DNA of 64,000 nucleotides from Octopus bimaculoides (lineage: Eukaryota). Both the position numbers and the translations under genes were made by a program. The notes beneath the pieces are model-generated. The model was not told where the DNA came from. It made no database searches and saw only the letters and a program-made list of their open reading frames with translations. Location of the stretch: NCBI RefSeq assembly GCF_001194135.2, contig NC_068981.1, forward strand, positions 188,664,105 through 188,728,104, read 5' to 3'. Below, one piece after another: positions 38,340 through 50,763 of the stretch. Numbering within the stretch: the stretch's first letter is position 1; the number at the start of each line of letters is the position of its first letter.

Positions 38340-39259
38340 GGCGGGCTTCTTTCAGTTCCCATCTACCAAATCCACTCACAAAGCTTTGGTTGGCCCGAGG
38401 CTATAGTAGAAGATACTTACTTGCCCAAGGTGCCATGCAGTGGGACTGAACTTGGAACCATGTTGTTGGGAAGCAAGCTTCTTACCACACGGCCACTCCC
38501 GTTCCTATATGTGTGTGTGTGTGTGTTTATAAATATTTATATTTATGTGTGTGTATGTATGGAATGAAATGAACAAAGAAATCTTCTACAAACAAAGCAT
38601 AAAGATTCAACAGCAATAATGATGATAACCCTGCAGAAATTATTCAAAAGATTAATATAAAATAATTCTGTGTATCTGTGTACATGTATGCTTATGAGCA
38701 TGTGTTTTCATCTCTTAATATCATGGAATCCCTATATTTATATTTTTATTAATATGGAGATAAGTGTTGTGTGATCAAATAACCCAGTAACTGTAATTCA
38801 GTTGTATACTGTTAAATGAAAATAATGGCCATTGTGAGATAAGGTATTTCATATATTAATGTAGATTATGAAAGTCTTTAGGTTGGTTTTATTTGAGAAT
38901 ATTAAACTGTGAAATGAGATCTGAATCATTATTGGATGTAGTCATTGCAAGGAGATTTTTAGAAAGTAGTTTGAGCAAAGAAAAGCCATATATCAATAGT
39001 TTCTGAGAAAAGAAATAGTTAAATGTATTGATAGAGAGTGGGAAAAAAAAAACTTGGTCAATATGCTCTTTGTTACAGCAGGATTTTAATTGGCATTGTG
39101 TATAATTCTTGGAGCAATCTATCACAGAGAAATTTGGAAAGAAATAAAATCGTTAAGTTGTTATTCTATGTGCAGAAATGAGAGGCAATGCTTCATTTCA
39201 AGTTTGTTCTTTCTTATATTAATGCTAATGACAGCATCATATTAGTGTTGTGTCTTTCA

Positions 39260-39298
<39 letters not shown>

Positions 39299-39734
39299 CA
39301 TATATAGTTATATGCATATATATGTATAGATATATGCATATATATGTATAGATATATGCATATATNNNNNNNNNNNNNNNNNNNNNNNNNNNNNNNNNNN
39401 NNNNNNNNNNNNNNNNNNNNNNNNNNNNNNNNNNNNNNNNNNNNNNNNNNNNNNNNNNNNNNNNNNNNNNNNNNNNNNNNNNNNNNNNNNNNNNNNNNNN
39501 NNNNNNNNNNNNNNNNNNNNNNNNNNNNNNNNNNNNNNNNNNNNNNNNNNNNNNNNNNNNTATATATATATAAATCCTTTACAACAGAGGAAGAAATTTA
39601 ATAGATCTCATATGATTGAAGATTCCTTAATAGGAATATACATATTTTCTTCTAATTGTCTATAGAAAAATGAATGTAAATGTATTCACAAAAAGAAAGA
39701 AAAAACAAAACAAAACAAAACAAAGTTTCTGCAG

Positions 39735-39834
39735 TTAGAAGAACCTTATTTTCTGTTGGTCGTAATGTTGAAATATATATTCCTCTAGAATTACTTTCAT
39801 TAGAAAGCAATTTATGCTTAAAGTGGAATGTTCG
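39735..39834 (+). CDS. Candidate coding exon (RRTLFSVGRNVEIYIPLELLSLESNLCLKWNV); alternative acceptor at 39788
   Basis: Strong donor TCG|GTAAGT; tttctgCAG acceptor; phase 1-2; stop-free. Confidence 0.25.
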
Positions 39835-40921
39835 GTAAGTTTGATGTTATGTATTTTTAATATTGTGCAGAAATTCTTGAAATATTTTTTCATATCATAA
39901 TCTCTGGACAACTAATATTTAAACAGTTATCCTATTTCCCTGCGGGACTGTAGCACTTAAGCAACTAGTATATTTTAGAAGAAAATATAGTAATGAATAT
40001 ATCTTAACTAATTCAAGGATATTTTTAAAAAATGGAGACATTAGTAAGAAATCCAATTACATATGTATATTGAATGAAACTAAGAATTTACTAATAATTC
40101 TAGCATCATAAAAATTCTAAAATATATTACTGAAATACTCATGAAAACAGTTTTATTTCCCATATGATTGCAATATAAGCCAGAAAAAAAGTACTTAGAT
40201 TTGGGTGAGTTCATATTTAATTTTGTTTTGGATAACTCAGTACTTAATGCTAATGAAAACTGTAGGAAGTTTTCATAATCTTTTGAGAATTATTTATGTA
40301 AATAAATAAACAAAATGCAGATTGGTCATCATGTGTTTCCTTTTCAGTTGCTTCCACTGACACCTCTCACTCTCTCTCTTTCTGCATCTCCTGTAGGCCT
40401 ATTACTCATCTTTTGTATTGCTTTAAGATGCAAGAAAAATGCACACATGACTACCAAAAATAGACCAATTTCATGAAAGCTTGAAATGAAAGCATTAAAA
40501 TGAGGCTGCTTGATTCACTTAGGTGTTCAACAGAGCTGGTTGCTCTGAGCTAAAATATATAATTTCTAAATAGTTCAAAACTTTACATAGCTCAGTTTGA
40601 CTTCAGTTCATATTGACTTTTCAAAATGGAGGAAATAAAATTCTATTGGCGAATTATTTATATCAGAAGTAGGTGTTTTATGCTGTGGATTATATTTGCT
40701 TAACTACATCTAATTATAATTTCACAACATCAGTTGGAATACAAAAAATGGCTACACTATACTGCAGGTACTAACTCTAAATACCCTCAAATAGTTACTG
40801 AATGAAGAATTCACAAAAGCAGAAATTCAGCTAATTCTGGAAACCTTAAAATAGTATACAAAAGAGTTTAAATTGATTTAATACTTGTGTGTTTTATTTT
40901 TGGTAATCCATTATTGTTGTT

Positions 40922-40966
<45 letters not shown>

Positions 40967-41044
40967 TTAATGATTATATTCCTCACTTCATGTGTCAAAG
41001 TTAAGCCATCATCATTATCAACATCATTATTATTTACCGTAGTT

Positions 41045-41280
41045 TTATTTTTATTGCATGGTTTCATTGAGTAACTAAATGCAGTACTGTGTGCTTTCGG
41101 AATGTGCAGTGTTTTGTTTTGTTTTGTGTTTTTTTTTTCTATTGTATTAACGACATTCTATGTATAAAATGTGTGCAGTGTTTAGCAGATCTATTTTCTG
41201 TACATTGTGTTCATGTGTAAATCCTAGAGTTTGGGTTATGTATTTGTCTGTATCGTTTTTTAATCATTGCCAAGGCTCCA
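41045..41280 (-). pseudogene. R4/Dong-type 3' end
   Basis: GALAMIK..TDKYITQTLGFTHEHNVQKIDLLNTAHIL, then UTR and an (AAT)-like tail. Confidence 0.7.
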
Positions 41281-41831
41281 TTTAATCTATTTTTAATCAT
41301 CCCCATTATTAATATCATTATTATTATTATCATCATCGTCTAGAGCAGTGAGCTGGCTGATTTTGTTAGATCATTGGTGAAAATCACTTTGAAGCATTTG
41401 TTCTAGCACCTAACCATCTGATTTCAAATCCCTCAAAGATCAAGTTTACTTTTCAGCCCTCCAGGGTCAATTATATACAATAGCAGTCTAGTACAGGTCA
41501 ATAGTACTCATTAATCCATTAGAAAAGATCACCATCATCAAGGAAGATACTGAAGATTGAAATTGCAGAGCTTTAAATACACAAAGCAATACTATACTTA
41601 GTTAGATCCTGTTGCATTCTGGGTTTTAACTCATGCCAAGGTCAACTTATTTTTTTAAAGTCATTAAGATAAGTATGAGTCAAGAAATGGATTCAAATTA
41701 TTCAGCTGCATCCTTCACAAAATTTATAACCTTTGATTAAAATCAAATATTCTAACTTAGAATGTAAGATGACTCTGGAAGGGATTGTATGGAATATTGA
41801 AAGAGTTTTATGTAAAATGAGTACAGTAGCA

Positions 41832-43170
41832 TACATGCAGGAGTGGCTGTGTGGTAAGTAGCTTGCTTACCCCCACTGGCGGGAGAGACGGAGGAAGTCG
41901 AGGTGGTTTCCACCTCCTCGAAGAAAGGAAAAAAAAGAAAGAAGGTAGGCAACAATGGTTGCCCACCGAAGGCTGCAGGGGAGGAGGTGGACCTTCCGGT
42001 TAAGGCGGAAGTGCCCCCTACTCCCATGGCCCTCCCAAAAAAGAAGAAACAAGAAGAACGGGACACGGTCGGTGCCTGATAGCGCACCGATGGCATAACC
42101 TGACACTCCATTGGTGGGAATTGTGCCACCAACGGAGGAAGGCCTGTCGGTGAGAATTGTGTCGCCGACATTAGAAACTGTGGCCTCGCCCTATAAGGAG
42201 GAGAAATTTGTAATCCTCTTCCACAAGGGAGGGGCCGTCCAAGAATTTGTGAAAAAGTTTATTAGGAAGGGTTGGAGGAGAGGGATCCTCAACTGTACCA
42301 AGGACCCTGATTGGCCTTCGCAGGTGGCTGTGGAGGTCGTATCAGAAAATGATTTGTACAGGGTGATGGATTCCTTCCCCGAATATGCATTCCGCTTCAT
42401 ACTGAAGTGGCCCAATCTAGAACCATCGAGATGTTTGAGTGAAGCACTGAGTCTAGTCGGGCGGTAAGGTGTAAGAGGACGAGTGCCTCATATTGAAGGG
42501 GCATGTGGCCCATAAAAAGAAATGTGTAAGAGGCAGATGCCTCAGTACAAGGACTTAATGATATTGCGAAGTAAGAGGTTTATAGCCTCAATTTGTAAAT
42601 TTGTTTAATTTATAAAAGAACAATGTTTTGGAGAAGCAGAGTTCGGTGGGCGGCTTCCGTCTTCTCCCATTAATATCATCGTGTTTATCATTCATCTCAT
42701 CTCAGTAATGTCTTCGTCCAGCCTGCAGTTACTCTATGTACTGCCTTCATGGCAAATTTAATGAAATAAAGTAGCTTGCTTACCAACCACATGGTTCTGG
42801 GTTCAGTCCCACTGCATGGCACCTTGGGCAAGTGTCTTCAACTATAACTTTGGGCTGACCAAAGCCTTGTGAGTGGATTTGGTAGATGGAAACTGAAAAA
42901 GCCTATCGTGTGTGTGTATCTATCTATCTATCTATCTATCTATATATATATATATATATATATATTTGTGTGTCTGTGTTTGTCCCACCCCCACCATCAC
43001 TTGACAACCAATGTTGGTGTGTTTACATCCCCATAACTTAGCAGTTCAACAAAAGAGAACTGATAGAATAAGTACTAGCTTACAAAGAATAAGTCCTGGG
43101 ATTGATTTGTTCAACTAAAGGTGGTGCTCCAGCATGGCTGTAGACAAATGAGTGAAACAAGTAAGAGAGC
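41832..43170 (+). mobile_element. SINE family A interrupted by an 897-bp insertion
   Basis: Head breaks after 41871 and resumes at 42769 with a duplicated 16-mer. Confidence 0.9.
41872..42768 (+). mobile_element. GC-rich retroposed insert with a degenerate, unidentified ORF (ORF1-like)
   Basis: 16-bp TSD AAGTAGCTTGCTTACC (41856-41871, 42769-42784); 3' end AATGAAATAAA; K/P/E-rich frame, then the 118-aa ORF 42111-42467, whose frame continues past stops. Confidence 0.8.
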
Positions 43171-43316
43171 GTAGGTTTGTATTGCTGAAATGATTGTGTG
43201 GGATATGACCTGTACTTATAAAGCTAATATTTAGAATGAATGTAAAATTGTGAGCTGTGAAATACTGCTAACATTATATTTCATGGGTTTGTTATCTGTT
43301 TTTTTATTATACAATG

Positions 43317-43774
43317 TTCACCAATTACAAGTGGCACAACTGATGCCTTCAGCTCCAGCAAGTTCCAATTACAATTCTTGTCCTTCGCAACTATATTTCA
43401 GGAGTTATCTGTAGTTTGTATATCAAAATTCACAATGTTTCTTTTGTGGTTTTGCTTATGAAATTATAAATATTTAGGTCATTAATATTCATCCCGTTGT
43501 TTGTCGAGGTAGACATGTCTCAGAGTATCATTTACCATTTATTGTATGTTTATTCCATTTGTTATCTATTTTCATGTGAAAGTCTTGGTATATTGCCCAA
43601 TGAATACAACAACCAACACACACATGCCATATATTCCAGCCTTGCAAATACTTGACAGAAAAAGTGTGGTGTATCTTTTTAAATTTTTTCAAGCACATTT
43701 GCCTCTTGTTTAATCACCTTGTTTTTGTAACTCTTTGTTGGTTGGCATTGATCTTGCACAGCTAACATCAGACC
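43317..43774 (-). pseudogene. R4/Dong-type fragment (pre-CCHC to RLE)
   Basis: GLMLAVQDQCQPTKSYKNKVIKQ..VGCCIHWAIYQDFHMKIDNKWNKH..NFDIQT..IVAKDK..KASVVPLVIG. Confidence 0.75.
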
Positions 43775-44318
43775 ATATGCTTATAGCTTTAATTAGGTTC
43801 ATGTTTTTATTATTTTTCTTTTGGTTCATTTTTGTTAGATACTGACCATGTTCTGTTTTTTTTTTTTCCTCATTGTTTTATCTTTAGAATGATTTGAAGC
43901 TCTACTTTGATTTCATATATTTTGCTTTTATTTTACCTTCTCTCTTATTCTAATCTATACTCTCCTTTGAAGTATTTAGCATCTAATTTAGATGATATTG
44001 TTTCTTTTATATGAAGAGATGTTGTTTTTATATGATCATTTATTGAATTAAGTAATCTAGTTTTGCTCTCTTTTAAGTATTTTCTGTTGTGGGGTTTTGT
44101 TCTGATTATTTGATTTCACTGCCTAAATCTGTCTTGATATTTTGTGTTTGTCTCTTCTCTGAGTAACTTTGGCACATTTCTCTAATTTCTTTTTCATTTT
44201 GATATCATTGCTGGCTCCATTTACAGGTTTTAATAGCTTCTTCAGTGTCCCTCACCATCCCCTTCATCTCCCTCCTCCTCACCATCATCATAATGTCCTC
44301 TGTTCTATGATTGTGCAG

Positions 44319-44385
44319 GTCAGATGGAATTCATTGGGGCAGATTGTCTCTTGTATATAATTCTTTTTATGATAATCTGTATAAA
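44319..44385 (+). CDS. Candidate coding exon (SDGIHWGRLSLVYNSFYDNLYK in the phase 2-0 reading)
   Basis: tctgttctatgattgtgCAG acceptor, AAA|GTGAGT donor; two frames are open. Confidence 0.25.
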
Positions 44386-46689
44386 GTGAGTAGTTTATAG
44401 CCTGTTCTTAGCATTTTGTAACTAACACTGATTTGTCTTAACATATTTGTTAGCAGAATCTTCCTGAAAACTTCCTTTTATGGAGATAGAGATAACTTTC
44501 ATTATACCAACTCTATCATGCACTTTTATTGCTGTTTGATTTTTCGTTTTTCAAATAGTGTTGTTGTTAGTTTATTGTGTTAATATTTGGACATATTTAT
44601 TTCGATCCGGTAATATGGAATGCTGTTGAAGGCTTTTATTAATCAATACACTATGCTTAGGATCTTTTTGAATTCTTATTTTGCTTACTTTCACAAACTG
44701 CTTGATTTATCAATGGTTGATCTTTATATCCATGCATTCCCTTCTAATATCCTTCTTCTTTTGTATCCCTAGTAATATAAGATCTTCCACATGAGCAGCC
44801 AACCTGCTGGAGAACATAAATGTCAGAACTTTATATGTTGTTGGTAAGCAATACATTGGCCAGTAGTTATTGTTGTTTAACCCCAGGCCAGCACTGGTTG
44901 AGCAGCAAGAATATAAACAAAATCATTCCAGCTATGACCATGCCAATCTTTTTCAGAATTGGTCAATCTATGATTACATTACAGGGTGTACCCTCCCTTA
45001 TAATTTTTAAAATGATTATATTTGATTTAAGAAAAACTTGCCTGCTATTTCTAACAGATCAAGAGATTCTACTGAAGCATGTTTGAAGTCCCTGGAATAT
45101 TTAATAATAGGAATTAATATTTTTTTTCATCCAGTTTCTAATTTAGTGCTAATTGTGATGACTAGTATTTCTTCAAAAAATACTGGACACTAGTATCATG
45201 AGTACTTGTGAAGTACTTTGCCAGACATCTGGAACACTATCAATTCTGAGAATGTACCAGTCACCAGTTGTTCTTGTTCATGTTAGGAAGACCTTTTTAA
45301 GGAGTTATTATTGTGTTTTTATTTTCCTTCTTTTGGTGTATCAGTCGTTTATTATTATTGTTGAATATATTAACTCATATGCTTTCCACTATACATACAT
45401 ATATATATGTATAGCCGGCCGCCAACAATTTTTTTCTGCAAAATAGGGGAAGCTTATCCTGTTCATTGGGACTAGACCCATATTTACAAAGCAAGAACTA
45501 TTAATAGCTTGTATCTTTATACTGTGCACTACACTCTCTGAGTGGTTGGCGTTAGGAAGGGCATCCAGCTGTAGAAACTCTGCCAAATCAGACTGGAGCC
45601 TGGTGTTGCCATCCGGTTTCACCAGTCCTCAGTCAAATCGTCCAACCCATGCTAGCATGGAAAGCGGACGTTAAACGATGATGATGATGATGATGATTAA
45701 ATTATATTTATCTCTCACTAGATGGAGTTTTTTTTTTTTTTTGGTTTATCTTAACTTAATTGAACAGTAAACTATACATACATTTATGTATTTGTTTAGC
45801 AAGATTCCTGATGTGAAATCCTGTGTTAAAACAAATATTGTTATATTTTGGGATGGTTTTTTTTATTTTGTTTTTTGCTTTGTCACATAAACACATGCAC
45901 TCTATACTCGTTCTTCACTTCAGTTTTATTATTGTTCTTATTTTAGTGTCCTTTGTCTGAAATAAAGCTGAAGTGAAGAATGAGCATATAATGCATGTGT
46001 TTATTTAGGGGGAAAAACAAAATGACCATCCTGAAATATAACAAATCATATATGTATATATGAGTCAAATTTAGAATTTAAAAAATTAAGGTTTAGAAAG
46101 TAAGCATTGAATGTAGTATCCAAACCTTGTTTCAGGGCAAGTCCCAGGCAGTGTGTCTGCAGAGCACATTCACCACTTATGGCTACAAGGCATTGTCAGT
46201 GATATTGTGTGTTCATCATTGGATCTATGTCTGGAATTCTGAGGTGCACATAGGGTGTATTTTAAAAGATTAATACAGAAGATGGAGTGTAACTAGAAAT
46301 ATTTATTAGCACAACAACCGTTTCAGCTTCATTCTGCACTGCTCCCTAGTGGGTGTGGAACAATGTAATAACACCAGATGCAACGCACAGTGCAAAAGAG
46401 CCTAGTCAGGTGACATAAGATGCTTCACAAGTTCCCAGATTTGCATTTCATTTTTGCTTCAAATTATATGCTGATGGTGAGATTCTAGCAGTTTGGACAT
46501 ATTTGGTAAAGTGAGGAAGATGAGGTCAGGAAGAAAACACAAGAATAAAAACACAAAGCATTTAATATGAATAGGGGGTGGGGTGTTTATATTAGTGGTC
46601 AAGAAGTCATTGCTAAAAAATAAAAATTGCTTTGTGTTAGTTTCTTAACCTTTGCATCCTGAGTTCAAACACTGTCATCATTTGACATT

Positions 46690-47065
46690 TACTTTTCCAT
46701 GTTGAGGCAGCTTTTCTACAGCTGGATGTCCTTCCTGTTGCCAACTCACATCTGTTTTCAAGCAAGGTAATACTTCCCCATCGCCAGATATGTCTCTTTA
46801 TCTTGCAGAATATTGGAAATGAATGATACTGCATATATAATAGTGACATTCATTTACAACTGTCATGTGATGTCAAGAGATAAGACATGAGCATGTACGT
46901 ACATACATGATGGGCTTCTTTAAGTTTCCATCTGTCAAATCTATTCAGAAGGCTTCATTTGGCCTGGAACCATAGACGAAGACACTTACCAATGTGTCAT
47001 GTGGTAGAACTTGAACCTGAAACCATGTGGCTGGGAAGCAAACTTCTTAACCTCACAGCCATGCC
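46690..47065 (-). mobile_element. Family A head joined to an alternative RTE-type tail
   Basis: A head about 47065-46900, then a different body with GGAAGGACATCCAGCTGTAGAAAA. Related bodies at about 29680-29830 (+) and 29960-30130 (-). Confidence 0.65.
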
Positions 47066-50000
47066 TATATCTATCAACAGATCAGCAAAAATTTTTAAAA
47101 ATTAACTTCGTAACGACGTTTAATCAAACTATAAAAATATTCTATTTATGTATCTGCTTGATTTCATTAGTGTCTGAAAGAATTGTCTTCAACTTTAAAG
47201 CCAGTTCACTTTAAGCTTAGCTTCGTTAAGCATTTACTGCCAAAAGTAATTTCCATCTTCTACATACATTGTTAAAGAAATTTTTAATGCAATAAGACAT
47301 TCCTGTAATTTTGATGGAATAGCAAATTGTCTTGTAGCATTGTACTTCATATACCATTTTAAATGTATGTTGCTGTACTAGGAAGGAAAGGTACAAATTT
47401 ATTTGAATGCTGAAGCACTCAAAAGAGTTGAAAATTTACATTGTGTCACATTGTAAATGGATTATTTATTAATCTAAATTGATACGGAATTGAAACATTT
47501 TAAACAATCTTTGTTATTCTACTTGTTGATTGCATTTATAAGTGTGCACGAGTGTATTCAGTAAAATATAAAGAAATTTCACAAGGATGAGATAAGCAAC
47601 ACTTATCTTATTTTATTAGTTTTTTTTTGTATCAGTTTAATCAGTCATAATTATTGATTGTAACTGTATGGTTTGCCAGTATCTTAATTTATGTGATAAA
47701 CTTTGCGCAAATACTGAGAAATTAAATTTAAAAATAGAAAAACATAAAATGTTTATTTCAAGATTCAACTATAGAAAAATAAAAATATCTAAAAGGTATT
47801 ATATTCCTTTCATTGAACAAATTGTGAATATCTTATTGAAATTATCATCTGTGTTAATCTAAATGTTTGATTGAACAATTTGAATGACTGCTGCATTCAA
47901 GCTACAATACGAAGAGCTTGATTAGTGCAGAATAAAAGGTGTATCAATAAGGAAGATGATTTTTATAATACATTCTTCGGGTTAGTTTCCCTCAGTTTTA
48001 GAACAAATCATACTGTTTCGCTATATTTTTGCTTGTTTGGGAATTTAACATGAAGTTTATTGCAATTTTGCTGTCTGCAGTAATGTTTCTTTTCTAAACA
48101 ATTTTTTTCATTATTTACTGAGATATTTTTACATTAATCATTATTTAACCTTTTACAGTCTTATTGCCATTATATCTAGAGAGCAGTTTTAAATAGCAGA
48201 ATTTGTATAATGGCCACATATACAGAAGGAAGAATGAACCTAATAATAATTCAAGTGGGTCTTTATAGGAAACTTTACAAATTAATTGAATAGCAATTTA
48301 TTTTGAGCTAACAGTGCTGGTCTCTAAGAAAAGAACAGCTTGACAAGTGTACATGGAGTGTTATGGTTATGTGAATGGTGACTAGTTTTTAAGTTTAGGA
48401 ATTACTCAGAGTTGTATCTGTGGTGCAGAGCTTCTGAGAGAAATTTTGCAAGGAAGAACAAGACCTCAGAGGATGTGGAGTGGGCATTCTTATAGTTCAA
48501 GAGGTCTGTGCAGTTTCATTCTTTTTTTCTTTTATAGAGGGGTCATGTCTGATGTTTATGAGTACCTCCTTAACTTTCTTGGCCCTGGAGTGATACACTC
48601 CTTATTATGAGCTCTACTGGGAGTGATGATTTTGTACATAGTGTATGTATGTAGATGTTTCAGGACACACATACACATTAAATGTATGTATGTATCATCA
48701 CCATCATCATCATTTAACATCCATTTTCCATGCTGGCATGGGTTGGATGATTTGATAAGTTGCACCAGGCTCCAGTTATCTGTCTTGCCAACCTCTTTAC
48801 AGAGTGTACTGGGTGCCTTCGATGGCACCAGCGCAAGTGTTTTTTTTTTTCATATATATGTTTTGGTGCTTTACTCAACTAAATGCTAAATGTCGTCTTG
48901 AGATATCAGAGAAATTTATTCTTCTTTCAGTTTATATCTACCAGATCCACTCACAAGGCTTTGGTCAGCCCGAGGCTATAGAAGGACACTTGCCCAAGGT
49001 GCCACATAGTGGGACTGAATCCAGAATCATGTGGTTGGTAAGCAAGCTGCTTACCACACAGCCACTCCTAATAATTCGCTAAAAACTTTTCATGTATTTG
49101 AATCTTTTCTAAGGTCTGATTTAGCTCTGACAAGTGTTCATTAGAATGAATTTTGGTTCAAATCAGATTCTGTATCTTTGTCATACTTTATGTGTAATTG
49201 GCCTGAGAGGATTTACTTAAACATGTGACGTAGCCCTACCACATCAGAATTAGGTTTATTGTGCAATTGCTTTGTCACTAGAAGCCTCCTTTACTTGCTG
49301 AGTGAAGAAGACCTATGAATGAATGGGATCCAGAAGGTCAAGCATAACAACTACATCCAGTGATTGCCTCCAGGTCATCCCATCCACTTCTGAAGATTCT
49401 ATAATCATTGCAACAGTTAAGACATTATACTGACTGCTGATATTCATTTATTATTTATTAAGGCAGTAAGGCGGCAAGCTAGTAAAATTGTTTGCATACC
49501 AGGCAAAATTCTTAGCAGTATTTCATTTGTGTTTACGTTCTGAGTTCAAATTCCACCGATCTCGACTTTGCTTTTCATCCTTTTGGGGTCGATAGATTAA
49601 GTACCAGTTTTGTACTGGAGTATATCTAATCAACTTGCCCTTCCCGCCCCCAACATTTCAGGCCTTGTGCCTATAATAGAAAAGATTATTTATTAAGGCA
49701 GTGAGCTGGCAGTATCATTAGCACACCGGGCAAAATGCTTTACAGCGTTTCATACATCTTCATGATCTGAGTTCAATTTGTGCCAAGGTTCACTTTGCCT
49801 TTTATTCTTTCGGGGTCGATAAGTATCAGTTGAGTACTGAGATTGGTTAACCAACTTAGTCCCTCGCCGAAATTGCTGGCCTTTTGCCAAAATTTGAAAC
49901 CAATACACATTCATCGTATCTTTGTGTACTTGTAAACAGTATACACTACAGGGACAAGAAAAGGCAAGGAAAAAGCTAATCACTTTCATTTGCTCAGTTT

Positions 50001-50108
50001 GGGAATTGTAGAAGGCTTCGTTTGTCTCCTGCTTCTGCATTGCTCAATTACTTTAAGAGTTTACTGAAAATTGTTTCCTTCTCAACTCTCATCCACTTCT
50101 TAATGGAT

Positions 50109-50763
50109 TTGAGCTAAAACTGGAGAAAAAATAAAAGTATAAAACTCATTAAACTGACCACTGAAATAATGGCCTGTTTCTAAAGCTTTGGAATGAAGGA
50201 TAAGGTGTGGCTGTGTGATAAGAACTACATAGTTCCAGGTTCAGTCCCAATATGTATCTTCTAAAAGGCGGCGAGCTGGCAGAAATGTTAGCACACTGGG
50301 CAAAATGCTTAGTAGTATTTCATCTGCCATTACGTTCTGAGTTTAAGTTCCGCCAAGGTCGACTTTGCCTTTCATCTGATAAATTAACTACCAGTTACGC
50401 ACTGGGGTTGATGTAATCGACTTAATCCATTTGTCTGTCCTTGTTTGTCCCCTCTGTGTCTAGCCCCTTGTGGGCAGTAAAGAAATAAGAAACGTTAGCA
50501 TGCCAGGTGAAATACTTAGCAGTATTTCATCTGTCTTTACATTCTGAGTTCAAATTCCACCAAGGTCGACTTAGCTTTTCCAGGCTATGCAGTAGAGGAC
50601 ACTTACCCAAAGTGCCAGGAAGTGGGACTGAACCTGGAACTATGTAGTTCTTATCACACAGCCACACCTTATCCTTCATTCCAAAGCTTTAGAAATAGGC
50701 CATTATTCCAGTGGTCAGTTTAATGAGTTTTATACTTTTATTTTTTCACCAGTTTTAGCTCAA
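50109..50763. repeat. 141-bp inverted duplication (50109-50249 / 50623-50763) around family B copies
   Basis: Arms near-identical (about 3-4 differences); they include unique flank plus a SINE head with a private deletion. Confidence 0.9.

Noticed and set aside
40397-40476. Strong acceptor followed by LLLIFCIALRCKKN..*, a possible terminal exon
   Set aside because: No supporting homology and it competes with other candidates; left out of the exon chain.
44319-44385. SDGIHWGRL resembles the Bcl-2 BH1 NWGR motif
   Set aside because: A single short match; no BH2/BH3 context; another frame is equally open.
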